Source: Phoronis australis
Lineage: Eukaryota > Animalia > Phoronida
Direction of reading: 5' to 3'
Assembly (NCBI GenBank): GCA_002633005.1
Contig: NMRA01000068.1
Span: 699,092-763,091, forward strand
Length of the DNA stretch: 64,000 bases
Shown here: positions 39,601-51,264 of the stretch, piece after piece
Layout: each line of letters begins with the position of its first letter
How positions within the stretch are numbered: position 1 is the first letter of the stretch
Program-made: the position numbers and the translations under genes
Notes under the pieces: model-generated
Told to the model about the DNA's origin: nothing
Database searches by the model: none
The model's input: only the letters and a program-made list of their open reading frames with translations

Positions 39601-42600
39601 CCATTGAAGAGTGCTCTTGTCAAACGGATGAGTGATCTCCCTAGAGAGGACTCACCACATCAAAAGGAGGTCAAGTTTGGCAGCAATGACATCTTTGTTG
39701 TCAGTCCACAGAACTATCTGATGAATACGAATGACGAGCCAAGCAAGTCTGACCAACAACCACCAACAGGCTATAGTGTTACAAAAGCTGACAAAAACAA
39801 AGCTGCGCACTTCATTCTGAAGTACTTAAGTCCACATTACCAACAGGGGAAGTTTGTGTCAAAGGTCAGTCTTGAATTTTACTGCATTGTTAGGGACCTT
39901 TCACTATTATCACCATTTTGTAGGGCATGCCTTCCGCATACTAGTGCACTTTGATCGTATTTTCCTGAATTTTGGGAAAGGGATTTTCATGCACCCACAT
40001 ATTTATGTGGCTGCATTATGCTGTGCTCCCTGTCCGTCCATCCACCGTCCGCTGCTGTATCTCCGAAACCCTTGAGTCTATGTTCATGAAATTTTGCAGA
40101 TATATTCCTTTCATGGATCGGAGGGCATGTGTGAAGTTGGGCATATTTATTTTATTTTTTCTCTTAGTATATTTTGGGGTTCTGTGACTGATTCTCATAA
40201 AACGTAGGAAGTTGGTATCTTGTAGTGAGATGGTGCCACCTTCCTGTTTTTGGAGGAATACAAGTATTTTGCACCACCTAGTGGCCATTTTTACTGTTTT
40301 CGGGTCTGTTTGTTGTCGTCCCTCTATCAGCTAAACCACTCTGAGGTTGACTATGAGAATACTTTCCTTCTGTGAAGAGGACGACTGACAAGGATTTTGC
40401 CTTTTTTAATGTTTCCTGTATCTTTGGATGAAATTTGGCGATAACTCCTTTTTATGTGCCCATATATTTACACGTGGGTGCATATTGCCATCATCTCTGC
40501 TATGCTTTAGAAGAATGGACCACGATGTTGTCAAAGAAAGTCTATCTTTTGGTTGAACGTAAAAACTACATCATAAACGATGACATAGAAAGTATACTAC
40601 AATACCACAACACCTCCCACCCTACGAAAAAGTCTTAGCTCACTTCTTCTTCAATCTTTCCGACCTTCTTAAATTAGTTTTGTTTAAATGACATAACTTT
40701 ATTAAAGTGTAAAGATGGAACTACAACTGGGTGACTCGAAACATTCATTCATGTGTATTTACGGTAAGTTTTGTGATGTAATTTTCTTATAGGTTCTTAT
40801 TTGCATTATACTATTCTCTGCTTTTTGCAGGATATTTTCAAAGCTGTTGCAAAACAAATGTCCCAATACTTGGTCATCAAGGGCACAGTCAGTAAGTTTT
40901 CATTGTATGTTATGAATCAGAGCCAAGGGCGTAACTTCTGGGGGGTGTAGGGCAAGAGCATAAATAGTAGGGCAATGACAGAAAAACTGGGCAACCAGTT
41001 CCATTCAAATATTAAAAACTTTCAAGTTTGGAAATTATTCAAAAGTGTGTAGGATGCAGACTTTTTGATTCTTGGGAGGTCTAATTATGTTTTTCCTACA
41101 TGCATTTTATATGTTTGTGTCACTGGGCTTTGCTGCTTCTCTGAATACGGTAAAAATTCCCGAAGTTAGAGCATTGAAAAAATAAATATTTTGAGCCTGT
41201 CCTAAAATTTCGAGAAATATGAGAAAGATGGCGAAATTGAAGGTGGCTGAAATCTTAGAATTTGTGCGACATCTTCAAAAACATAAAGAACGATGTTACT
41301 GAATCTGAGCACAATCTACTTACTTAGGAAACATATATATTTGTTGTGTAAGATGCCTTGACTGATTATTCCATTGGTGCTCAACGTCTTCATGTCAAAC
41401 TGTCTGTAAACTAAACACAGACTACGCGACTGCAGTATATGTAACCCTGGTTTGTTTCTTGTGCAGTGTGTGCGACATACCTATGAGTCACTTAAATCGC
41501 GGTATTAGCTCGATTACGTATTTGATGTTTATTTGACAATTATAGAGCTGCTTGTTTTTGCGACTGGCCAGGTATATTCAATCAGTAAAAGTTTGTAATT
41601 GTTATTCCGAAAAATTGCAGTGGGCCAGATCACAATTTAATTGAGGTAGAGCTTATATAGTTCTAAACACCACAAGCAAGTGACTGTTCAAGTAGCTGGC
41701 TACAAGTACGCTACCTCTTCGACTCTAATTATACTTTAAATATGAAAGTGGCTCGTCCTGATAATCTCGGCGCTTGCATTCCTGGTACTGCTGTCGTAAC
41801 TTTATCTGTCCTTTGTAAACTCTGGCTCAATAGCAGTGCCATCTGCTCATGGATAATTTTTTATGCGCGTATGTGGATTTAGATCGATCTCTGCTACGGG
41901 CCCAGGTTTCATTTTACAAGGCAGATGCCATGGGTCAAACGACTGACTAAAGATTAATAGGTTCACACTCTGGTTTAGGTGGTTTCAAAATTCTTTACCT
42001 TTTTGCGAGAGAGCCCAATAATTTTGTGTAGAATACAAAATAGACTAGTAAATAGAATGTCAATAGGGAGACATAAAGATATATTTACAACATGAACATG
42101 TTTTAAGGTATACTGCACAACAAACTAGAACATGGATTTCTGCTTTTCACAATGTCTGTTTTAAGTTGACACTGAACAACATCGTTTTGCCGATTCGGAC
42201 GCATAGCATAGCGAAGGTTGGGGCACCGGGAGGAAAGTAAGTGGGCCGTATGTTCGCACAAAAAATTGGAGCCGTGAACCCGAGATCTGACTTAGTAACT
42301 CTATGGTCTCATCACCGGTGCTTATTAATTAGTTGTTAATCCAAATACAAAGTATGACACTGTGACAATTGGGCAAAGTTGGAAAACACATCTTATTTTC
42401 ATAGTGAAACCGCGATCAAGTGACATCTATATACTTTGTGTACTATACAATATTTTTAATGCATTCTTAGTTTTCAATTTAAACTGAAGAATATCTGATT
42501 ACCGGTACTTTGTGTTAGGGCAGGGTCAAATGTTCTGTAAAGAAATTTGTACTGCCTAGGGGAAGAATCCCACAGCCGCGCTCCTTAATTCTGCTTGAAG

Positions 42601-43880
42601 CTTTGAACACGGTCTCTTCAAGAAGTATTCCTGTATCTTGCGATGAACACTTGATCGGTTCACTCTTATAGGTGTAGCTAATTCCCCTCGGCGTTTTCCA
42701 CTAGCTGCTACGGCTAGTTTTACTTAAAACTGCGTTTTTAAATTTTCTGTTAATAAATGCATAATTCGCCTTCGCCTTGTTCGTTTTTATAAAATGATAA
42801 ATTCTTCACAAAACTGAATTTGTGACAAAAAGTTGACTCTGAATGGGCTTTTAAGAGGAAATTTTAAAGTAAACGTCCCACTGTCTGGACATAAGACACC
42901 AAAAGTTGTAACTCCAAATAAACACCCATGGGTGTGTATCTGACATAATTTTATAGCCCATGTGTGTTCATCGGGTGGGCTAAAAACGGAAAACCCCGGT
43001 ATCCATATCATACGTTGTCTCGATGAATGAGTGCAGATGACGTACTTAAGCACGTACAATCTCACTGCACTTTTTAGTATCTCTTTGATATGACACATGC
43101 ACGTACGCGGTCGGGGTTTCACTTGAGTTTCAAAACGAGTGAAAAAATAAAACTGCAGTATTGTCAGTTCATTGAGATGACTTTGTTGTGTATAAAGATT
43201 TGGGTTTCAACTTTTATAACCGTTTGATGTGATCATCTATCTTGGGGTGGCTTGGGGGTCTAAATTGCACCAACTCTCAGTGAAATTAAACAACGCTATG
43301 AAAAGGAGACTGTGCGGGACATTGTATACATTAAAGTGCAACGGAATTTGATGTTATTTATTTCTGTTAAGATACTGGTAAGATTTTATGGAAACGTCTG
43401 ATACTTAGGTCCATCCGATATTTAGGTACACCATGTGTGGAGGATGAGAATGAAATCAATGTACATTTACAGGAATAAATTGGAGAGATACGCATAAGAT
43501 TATGAGAATGGAGCACGGTGCAACCCCTTTTTAGTCGACAATTTCTACGCTTGATTCTGCAACCTCATAGTTCATTTGGCGACCTGTGATTTTCAGTTTT
43601 GGCGACCTTAGATTTCATTTGGCCCCGACCTGGGATTTTTGCCAAGTTGGCAAATGTGACTTGGCAAAGTGTCGAGCACTGTAAATAGATTGTATTGTTC
43701 TGAATGCTCATCGTATTTCTTGTTTTTGCTGGTGACTCAAGTCATTGTACCATTGCTATGTAAATTTTTTTTACAGACAAAGACCATGCCAAGAAGTTAG
43801 TACATCAGTTTTTTGTCAAATGCAAGAAGGTCACGTCCATGAAAGATTTTACAGCGGTCATTGAACAGGGAGCTGATTAA
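18507..43880 (+). CDS. RECQL5: ATP-dependent DNA helicase Q5 (RECQL5), whole spliced gene, 11 coding exons, ~1361 aa
   Basis: Exons 18507-18615, 19608-20248, 22960-23171, 28277-28445, 30665-30744, 33171-33407, 33843-33951, 35679-35774, 37597-39864, 40831-40891, 43777-43880 all have GT-AG sites and join in frame (4086 nt). Domain order: RecQ helicase core, Zn-binding region, IRI/KIX, C-terminal SRI, diagnostic of RECQL5. Confidence 0.93.
18825..19397. mobile_element. Foldback / palindromic MITE-like element in RECQL5 intron 1
   Basis: ~280-bp imperfect inverted arms (TAGACAGTGACCACCATCTCTAGCTGGCCCAG ... CTGGGCCAGCTAGAGATGATGATCACTGTCTA); a third partial arm at ~19417-19500. Confidence 0.8.
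19608..20248 (+). CDS. RECQL5: RECQL5 exon 2 (Walker A, DEAH)
   Basis: [50 protein letters not shown]; TTTGTAG| acceptor, AAG|GTGGT donor. Confidence 0.97.
20305..20347. repeat. 13-bp tandem repeat x3
   Basis: TG(A/G)CATGTCAAAC. Confidence 0.75.
20874..22222. mobile_element. TIR-bounded non-autonomous DNA element spanning an assembly gap
   Basis: AATGGGGCTATTTGGAAAAT ... ATTCTCCGAATAGCCCCATT inverted termini. Confidence 0.5.
21173..21249. other. Assembly gap (77 N)
   Basis: Run of N. Confidence 0.99.
22960..23171 (+). CDS. RECQL5: RECQL5 exon 3 (helicase C domain)
   Basis: [14 protein letters not shown]...AYHAGL...[17 protein letters not shown]; splice sites in phase. Confidence 0.96.
25404..26236 (+). 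mobile_element. HINE copy (partial duplicate at ~24773-25036)
   Basis: TTTTTATGCCC start, GTCCGGTC, CCCCTAGTGTC subunits; tentative end ACTAGTTCTTGT. Confidence 0.5.
26560..27200 (-). mobile_element. Degenerate LTR-retrotransposon gag (CCHC knuckle) / aspartic protease fragment
   Basis: [27 protein letters not shown] (CX2CX4HX4C); VVLYSAC as a decayed LDSAC protease motif; stop soon after. Confidence 0.65.
27530..27850 (+). mobile_element. Penelope-like element GIY-YIG endonuclease fragment
   Basis: LVHPKDK...[30 protein letters not shown]...[12 protein letters not shown]. Confidence 0.75.
28277..28445 (+). CDS. RECQL5: RECQL5 exon 4 (motif VI)
   Basis: [36 protein letters not shown]; CCTAG| and |GTGAG. 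Confidence 0.96.
29345..30440 (+). mobile_element. HINE copies/fragments
   Basis: TTTATGTGC start, CATCTCTGTCTG, subunits with GCCACCTAGTGG-type motif (~30194). Confidence 0.55.
30665..30744 (+). CDS. RECQL5: RECQL5 exon 5
   Basis: [26 protein letters not shown] (RecQ 'm..YCE'); GCAG| and |GTATG; phase fits. Confidence 0.88.
32157..32752. repeat. 22-bp minisatellite, ~27 copies
   Basis: Unit TGGCAGTCCTGGTGTAATGGGA; explains the repetitive minus-strand ORFs. Confidence 0.95.
33171..33407 (+). CDS. RECQL5: RECQL5 exon 6 (RecQ zinc-binding)
   Basis: [24 protein letters not shown] ... DLYGGGRRG; TTTCAG| and |GTGAG. Confidence 0.95.
33843..33951 (+). CDS. RECQL5: RECQL5 exon 7
   Basis: [36 protein letters not shown]; CTGTAG| and |GTGAG; phase fits. 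Confidence 0.88.
34060..35133 (+). mobile_element. 5'-truncated CR1/L2-clade LINE (RT C-terminus, 3' UTR, tail)
   Basis: [17 protein letters not shown]...[15 protein letters not shown]...YNLRN...[10 protein letters not shown] with frameshift; AATAAA followed by (ATTTG)n tail; (GT)n in the UTR. Confidence 0.85.
34640..34836. repeat. ~85-bp-arm inverted repeat inserted in the LINE
   Basis: AATAGGTAAATAAAACAA..AAGAATGGATCAACTGAAATTTTCGGATATAATAAC and its reverse complement. Confidence 0.85.
35679..35774 (+). CDS. RECQL5: RECQL5 exon 8 (start of IRI/KIX region)
   Basis: [18 protein letters not shown] joins [13 protein letters not shown], matching vertebrate 'CpLkeASSrRIPrLtvkaREHCL'. Confidence 0.9.
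36180..36920 (-). mobile_element. Penelope-like element (post-RT region and GIY-YIG) fragment
   Basis: [10 protein letters not shown]...KLFYRNQF...DERVLKRII...KLIIYY...LIYQFNCP...[17 protein letters not shown]. Confidence 0.8.
37597..39864 (+). CDS. RECQL5: RECQL5 exon 9 (KIX, long low-complexity linker, start of SRI)
   Basis: 756 open codons inside the 788-aa ORF; ends [21 protein letters not shown]|GTCAG (SRI start). Confidence 0.9.
39982..40500 (+). mobile_element. HINE copy plus second start fragment
   Basis: GTCCGTCCATCC microsatellite, GCACCACCTAGTGGCC (40271), TTTTATGTGCCC (~40450). Confidence 0.6.
40831..40891 (+). CDS. RECQL5: RECQL5 exon 10 (SRI)
   Basis: [20 protein letters not shown], cf. 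SRI 'eLFKgfArhLsh'; TTTTGCAG| and |GTAAG. Confidence 0.88.
43777..43880 (+). CDS. RECQL5: RECQL5 last coding exon (SRI end)
   Basis: [34 protein letters not shown]; TTACAG| acceptor. Confidence 0.87.
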
Positions 43881-44060
43881 TTTTAGTCAGATCGAAAACC
43901 ACATTGTCATTTCTTGGAATACCTCGTCACCTCTCAGATTCTGTTCTATGTACCTGCACTGCTGTGCATCAGTGGGGCAGTTGTCCTTCAGTTGTACACT
44001 GCTGCTGTGCTGATCACACCGTTCTTGGCATATTAGTTTCTCATTTCTTGTTGAGATGCC

Positions 44061-44066
44061 AATAAA
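44061..44066 (+). terminator. Candidate RECQL5 polyadenylation signal
   Basis: AATAAA 180 nt after the stop codon. Confidence 0.45.
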
Positions 44067-47000
44067 GTTGCATAGCGAGTTGCAATATGGACATGAAAAA
44101 TTAAAAACATGAAGAAATGTCAGATGAAGGGTTTTGCATTGGTTGGATCGGCCTCAGAAGTCAAGCAGCCATAAATGTCTTCATCATGCCATGCGTTTTT
44201 CTACTTCTGAAAAGAGGTGAACTCTGTTATGTGCAAATTTATTGTTTGTTTTTGAGTTTCACTGGTGTAGTGTGTAGGGAGAATTTCCCCTTCTGAAGTC
44301 ATGCAAGCTGCATGGTCTTGATGGATATTTGAGCACTTTTGAGTTCCTGTGGGAAGCTGTGCTATGTACTGCACTGAGGCTGTGCTATGTACTGGACTGA
44401 GGCAAACTGATCCTAGATTGATACACTCTATCCTATCAGTCATGTGCTGGAATGATTTGTAAAACCACACTCACACGCACACTTGCCTTTGCCAACTTTA
44501 CCAACTCTTAAGTCGAGATGTACAGTTGGAACAGATAATTGTGCTTACTGATGCAAGATGGTGCCGGTGTTCCATTTTCAAATGACCCTGTTAAGTCAGT
44601 CATGTAAATCAAGCTTGTTCATGGTAAAGTAGCATGTGTATTAAAAGAAGTTACATATTCTATGTTCATTCTCTTTCATTGAGAACTTGGTTTACATTAA
44701 TGGCCAACAACCAACAAAACAGAAAACAATCAATTATCACATGGTATCATTTCCATTTGCTTTATTAAACGGTATCAAACCACATTGTTGATATTAAGCA
44801 GCATTTTTACAAGATCAGCATAAAAACGAAAAGGATGCTTGTGTCAGAAAAGTCCAAGGTGACTTAGTCATATCTAGGGGAACCCAAGCCCTCGAAAGGT
44901 GCTCTCAGAAATTACTATACTTAACTGGCCTGGTCAATTTCTGACATTAAAAAAACATCACTTTCCCTTTGACCGAGGGTTAGTTTTTAATGTCGAAAAA
45001 AGTGACCCCGGTTCATGCGCGTACCCAGGCAAGCTTGCGGGATTCCAAAGAGCCCCCCATTTGGCAAAGTGGGCAAAAAAGTCTTGCCTCAGAGAAACAA
45101 AAAGTCAGAAAAAAAAACAAGACAAAAGTTCACTAAAAAGGCAGGAATTCGGCGAATGCACAATTCGTACCTCTGAACGACCCCCCATATATTTTAGGCT
45201 GGGTGCGCACATGTGGATAATTGTTTACATGGGTCACGACGCCCAGCGACTTGTCACAGGCGTGGTGTGGTCAAGTCACCGGCCACCCAACAATGCAAAA
45301 GGTACAACTAGTCGATTATAGCATGGTCTCCCGTCGTCGTACCCTGCAACCCATCCCCAGCTGGCCGGCCGGTTGTGACCGAGTCGCTGGCCGTCCGGCT
45401 ACTAAGCCAGCTGTGGACGGGCAGCCAAATAATGGGCGATCCGGTGCAGACGGAAAGTCAGCAGTGGCCAGTTGCCCGGAAACACGTAGGTTGCCAGCCC
45501 AGTCGCAGGCCACTGCGCTAAATGTCATGCCTCCAATGTGATTTTTAAAGCGACCCACCTTCCGTCCAAGACAGCCGGACAGACCATTTAACTGCAATAA
45601 CATTGGTCTCAACTTGTTCTTCACTCAGGTTAGAATTGATTTATGGCACTCGAAACACAATAAAAACAAATAACATTGAATGTACAGAAACGTACACATT
45701 TTTATTAAAATAATACCTGATCTACATACTCATGACTACTTACTGAAAGATACATTAACATAACATAACATACAGATGATGAAAACGCTTAACAATGCAG
45801 ATTCAGGTCGAGTTTACTCTACAATTGTTTTAGGCAAAAACTTCACTAAATGGGTTAAATTAAGTATTGTGTACAACGAAAATGGAGGCTACATCGTTTA
45901 CAGTACTCCTGGGTTAATACCTGAAATTTCACATTTTCACTTTTAAACGCACGTTCTTTCCTACAGTACCCCTAGCCCCTTTAGCATACATTTGGGTTTT
46001 GGCCAAGTCCATGACGAGGCAACCAAAAATGCATAGTTTACTGTAGAGCAAGCACGTCTGTTTCTGGGAAACTATTGGCTTCTGTGTTCAGCCAAGTCAG
46101 AAATCCGACTACGAATAGCCATAAGTTGATTTTTTGTCGCATTTTTCACGTTTTGTTTTGCATCTATTCGATTCTAGGGATTTCTGTCTTTTGACTTCAG
46201 CTGTAGACAAATTTTTAGCCTTAGATCAATTTTCGTGAGACAGTCGCCATTTGACTGATTTTTTTGCCAAAAAGTAAAAGACAAAAATCTCTGGAAGAGT
46301 CTATTGACTTGTCTTTCTACTTCAGGCTAGAAATCAGTCAACAGATGGCTTCGCCTGTTTCAGTAAAACAGGCTAAAACTGGAAGTCAGAAAATCTGCAT
46401 AGACAAATCTGCTCCACTAAACAGAAGAGGCGACAAAACGTTTCAAAGAATGCAGACAAAAATTGACCTTTAACTAATTCTAGTTGGATTTGTGCCTTCA
46501 GGCTTAAGTCAAGTCATTAAAACCAACAACATCTCGCGGAAACAAGCTGCAGTTATTTACTTTCATGAAAATTGGTGTAGTGGTGTATGTATAGTTACCG
46601 ACTTAACATCCATTTGAGAAGCCCAAGAGTGATATGGCCATTTTCCCCTGAATGGTGAGGTGCACACTTCAAGTAGGGGCACAGACTAAAATAAATTTTA
46701 ACCCAACCTATGGATAATTAATTAGACAATTTGCTTACAAAGAGTATATTGTAAGGTGAAGTTTTGTTTGGCATGTGAAGTAGCAGACACCAATGCAACC
46801 TTAAGGTGGTTAAACGACCCCCCATTATTTTTGTCCAAGCTCAACTTGCCCACCCTATTGTTTTCGTGCTCCTCAATTTTAACGCCATCAGCATACCTAG
46901 ACAAGTAAGGTATCGGAAAACATCCCTGAGCTAAAACGAAGAGAACTGACCAATAAGACACTCTACAGGCCAACAGTTTATATGGACATTAGAAAATGTG

Positions 47001-50000
47001 GTTCAGATCTGTTTTCTTGGAAATTGAAGCAATAGTTTTTAGTTGTCCATATTGTCAAAAAGAAAAAGGCATCGGATGCCCTCTCGTAACTGGAAACTTC
47101 TTTTTTCCTTGTAACATCTGATGCCAACCAAAATGGATCCCCGTCTTTCTTAGCCAGCATCACCAGATGGTAGCTGAGGAGCACAGGTTTCAAACAGTTG
47201 GATGAACTGAACTGAACCAATTATGTTATCCTTGACCTTAACTGTTATACAGAATACTTAACAAATGGCTGTATGTTCCTGAATCTTAAATGTTAATAAG
47301 TGGTCCCAAAAAAACTCTAATATAATCACCTCAATCTTACTAACAAGAATGATCTTCAGCAAAGCAACAAAAATGAAATATAACAAGTTGTTGTAAAATA
47401 CCAAGTTCTTCATATTGAGTCCAAATGTTGCATCCATATCAAGAACTAGAGTGTGTTGTCTCGCCTATTAAAAATAGTTCGTGGGGGTGATCTGTGTGAC
47501 ACTACAAAGGAATTATTGGAATGTCACATCCAGAAAACTATCACTTAACTCTCATTGATGGGATAAATATATAAAGACATAAATGATCTTGAATGAAATT
47601 TAAATACATAACCAAAGAAATACCAACTGTTGTCATGGTAACAAAGCATATGCCAAAAGAGCTTTTTTACAGTTCCTTGGTGAACTAATCTTGTTTTGGA
47701 GTTCATTAGTTTTCAACCTAATTATTGTACTTTAAGCTAATGTACACAATGATAAAAAGTCATATACTCTCAGTATAAAATATTATAATACTTGTTCATG
47801 CAATAGAAACGTGATAAAATGACAATAATACTAGTCTGTAATATATCGGCTTACAGCTGTCAAGTTAACATCTTAACATTTTCATTGACATTCTCTGGAC
47901 AAAACAACGAGAGTGATTGTCAGTTTCTTCATGAGAGCATTCTACGGCTGTTTTGGTCAATTATTCATTACAGCTACAACACAATCACTACAATACAAAA
48001 TAGAAATTACCTCACAGAATCCTTACTTTCACAAACCAACGCATGCTTCAAAATGTTTTCCAAATTTGTTTTGAAGGAAAACTCCTTTCTCCAGCTATAC
48101 ACAGTAATACAGTCATAAAACAGTTTTCCAGGAATGAGCCAAAATCTTGTTCGGTTCTGTTTCACTATTATAGAGCATTCCAGTGCCCAGCCATGTAAGA
48201 CTATGGACATAGTGATCATAAAATACTGCTGCTGCGTTTTAGAAGAGTTGTTCAAACTGTGCAGCATGTACTCATAGAGTTATACAATACTACAAATATA
48301 CCAATATACTACATGAAAAATACAATATCAAATCTCCGCTTTCCATCAACTTATCCTATAACTTAATCCCTTCCATTCCAAAAACAACATTCGATTTACA
48401 CCACATACCTTATAAATTTGGTATTAACTAAAAAGTTGCTGAGTCAAAACTGGAGGTGGTAACAGGATTTCAAAAGAACTAACAGTTTGTCAGTGCAGGA
48501 GACCAGGTTCGACAAGCTGGCTTGTTAAGGCGTCTCATTTTATGCGCCCAGCGTTGTCACTTATCATCACATTAAGGAAGAAGAGCAATTTTAAAGAGAT
48601 AAGTGGCGTAAATCCAAAATTTACTTCTTGGGCAGGACATGGGTTTACACATGTTTTAAATAAACAACTAAAGTGGAAGTTCTTTCTGAAAATCTGTCTT
48701 GGAAAAACATTTCCAAAAAATACACTAACATAAGCACCAATCCTATGCTCCGGAAAAACTATTAAGAACTCTAATACTATACCCTGTGAACCAGTGAAAA
48801 ATAAAAAAATTTACCACAAGCCATGGATGACCAATTTGACAAATGTAAAAACATTTCTCACACAGAGATTATGACAATTCAACTGAATCAACACCAATTG
48901 TTGATGAAATACAAAATTTTATAAAACATTCTGCAATTAAGCGGATTTAAAAACTCTAATCATAAATCATACGCAAAACACGAAGCACAAAACGCATGTT
49001 TTAAAGCATGTGATCTCGAGCCATTACCAAAAACCACATTATTTAAATAGTGGTTCAATTGGAAATGCAAGAAAATCCAAACAGACTTTGAAATGCAGCA
49101 TAACTTCACCAATTTAGGACACATTAATGTGGACAAAGAGAATTCTTTTACAAACTTTAGAAAGTAGCACCAAGTATATGCTTTACCATTTTCAACAGTT
49201 TCATCTTATGTTTCCACTTGACAATGTTTTGCGAAACTGTGCAATTCATAACATTACAAGCCCTTGAAAAACAAAAAAGATTAATTCTGGCAATTCATTT
49301 TTGGACAAAATTGGTGAGATTTTAGTACAAAGCCTGTACAACTGGTGCTTTTGGTTATAGCTAGTCGCAATTGCCACATCGTGAATTCAACTCTCCTGTT
49401 CAGCACTCACACTTTTCAATGCGAGTGTTACAACTGACTTGGAAGAAGTACGGCATCAAAATAACAAATAGCATACTAATCTCAATGCCAAATGCTAACT
49501 AGCATAGCAACAATGTACAATTGAGGGCCAAGTGCCCATTGGATGCATAGGATTATGGGTAAATACTGCAGAATCAGATAGGGCACTGTTGCATTCAAGG
49601 AAGTGGTAATTACTGCCATAGATGCAGTTCACATTTCGAGCAGGAAAACTAAACCAGTAAAGCCATTGAAGCCACATGCAGTGAAACAAGATCTGGAGAA
49701 TTGATATGCACCTACTGTGTACATCACATACAGCACAGATAGACGCAAAGCCAGTCATCCAAAATCAGAGGGAGAATCTTCACAATAACCCTACCAGGTG
49801 ACAATACTCACTTGGCAACCTTGTGTAGAGAGAGTGCAGCAATCGTCAACAAACTCTTAAAGTTACTTATAGTAAGACATTGAAGAATATATCACACAGG
49901 TTTGTACAGGAAGTTTGCAGAAAAGTAGGAACATTTTGTCAAAGAGGTAGGAATACTTATGTACATTTGGTGTATTGTTAGTTACACATTTGAGTAAGTC

Positions 50001-50439
50001 TGTTTATATCTGTATTAACATCTTACAGATTGGATCGTTCATTTTTTCATGCTAGCTAGTTGTCAAAATTCGATCATTTTGATTGAAGATAGTGTTATGC
50101 ATGAGTCAGTGTTAATGTTACCCTTGCTCCCTTCCACAGCACCTAGTCTCACTGGATATATCAGTGCCAGATTAACAATGCAGCACAACTACCATAATAT
50201 GTTACGAGCCCTGCGCTTTTTGGGGCTCCACGAACCCAAAAATCACACAAAGGAACAAAAATAATGCGCACTAACCACAAAAATCACACATACAAACATT
50301 CTCACGAGCATCTGAATCACACGCACGAACCACCAAACGATAAAGTGCTCATATGCGTGATTTTGGAATTGTACCCCTGAATTGGTAGATACCAAAATTG
50401 TAATTACCAATATGCTGCGTAGCACAATAAAGCTTTATC

Positions 50440-50720
50440 CAAACATTGATGGGTGCTCTCAGATCCCCAGGTGTCGTCTCCAAATTTCATGAAAATTCGT
50501 CAAGTAACTCAGAAGTTACATAGGAAATGTAAAAAATTTGTCACTAGGGGGAAGAGCGGTAGTTGAATTTGTCCAAAAAATGTGTGTACTGTCCCATCCA
50601 TGACAGGAACAAGTCTGTAAAATTTCAAGAACACCCATCAAGAGATACAGCAGGAGATGCTGGACGGACAGAGACAACAACTATACGCGCCCACGCAATG
50701 TATGTCGGCACATAAAAAAT
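50440..50720 (-). mobile_element. HINE fragment just downstream of the glypican stop
   Basis: GTCACTAGGGGG subunit, GGACGGACAGAG, GCACATAAAAA end. Confidence 0.55.
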
Positions 50721-50929
50721 TCTCTCAAAGGTACTTACAAATAGTACTGTATGTGGCTTTAATGTCTAGTTAAGTTAAGTTAAGGAAGATCTATTATACT
50801 CCTGATACGTTGTGCGAGTTGTTTTACCAAAAGTAATGTCCTCTGGCCTCATAAGGAGGACCAACTGACGATACATAGATATCACAGTGCTACATTACAA
50901 ATAACAGTCAACATCAGACACACTCTTCA

Positions 50930-51264
50930 TCAACACCTGCTGACTACTACTGACATAATGGCAACAACCACAACAGTGAAAGTTGCTGTGACAAATGAAG
51001 CAGCACCCCGTAAGTCTCTACTTGAAGGCATTTTTGTTGCTTTTCCTGATTTGGGAAGATTTGTGGAGAACGTGATATCGCTGTCGCCATTGGACGGGTT
51101 ATATCTTGGTGGTAAGTTGCCGTTTGGATTATTTGGAAGTCCAGGCAGAATAGAGCGGACTCCTCCTTCGTTAACACCACCATTGCCAGACCCCCTATTC
51201 CAGTCATCACCACTGCCGTCACCACTTCCATCACCACTACCACTTCCAAAAGCTTGCTCCATTT
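50930..51264 (-). CDS. Glypican last exon: Ser-Gly heparan-sulfate attachment region and GPI-anchor signal
   Basis: EMEQAFGSGSGDGSGDGSGDD...GAASFVTATFTVVVVAIMSVVVSRC*; TTCTAG| acceptor in phase. Confidence 0.92.
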
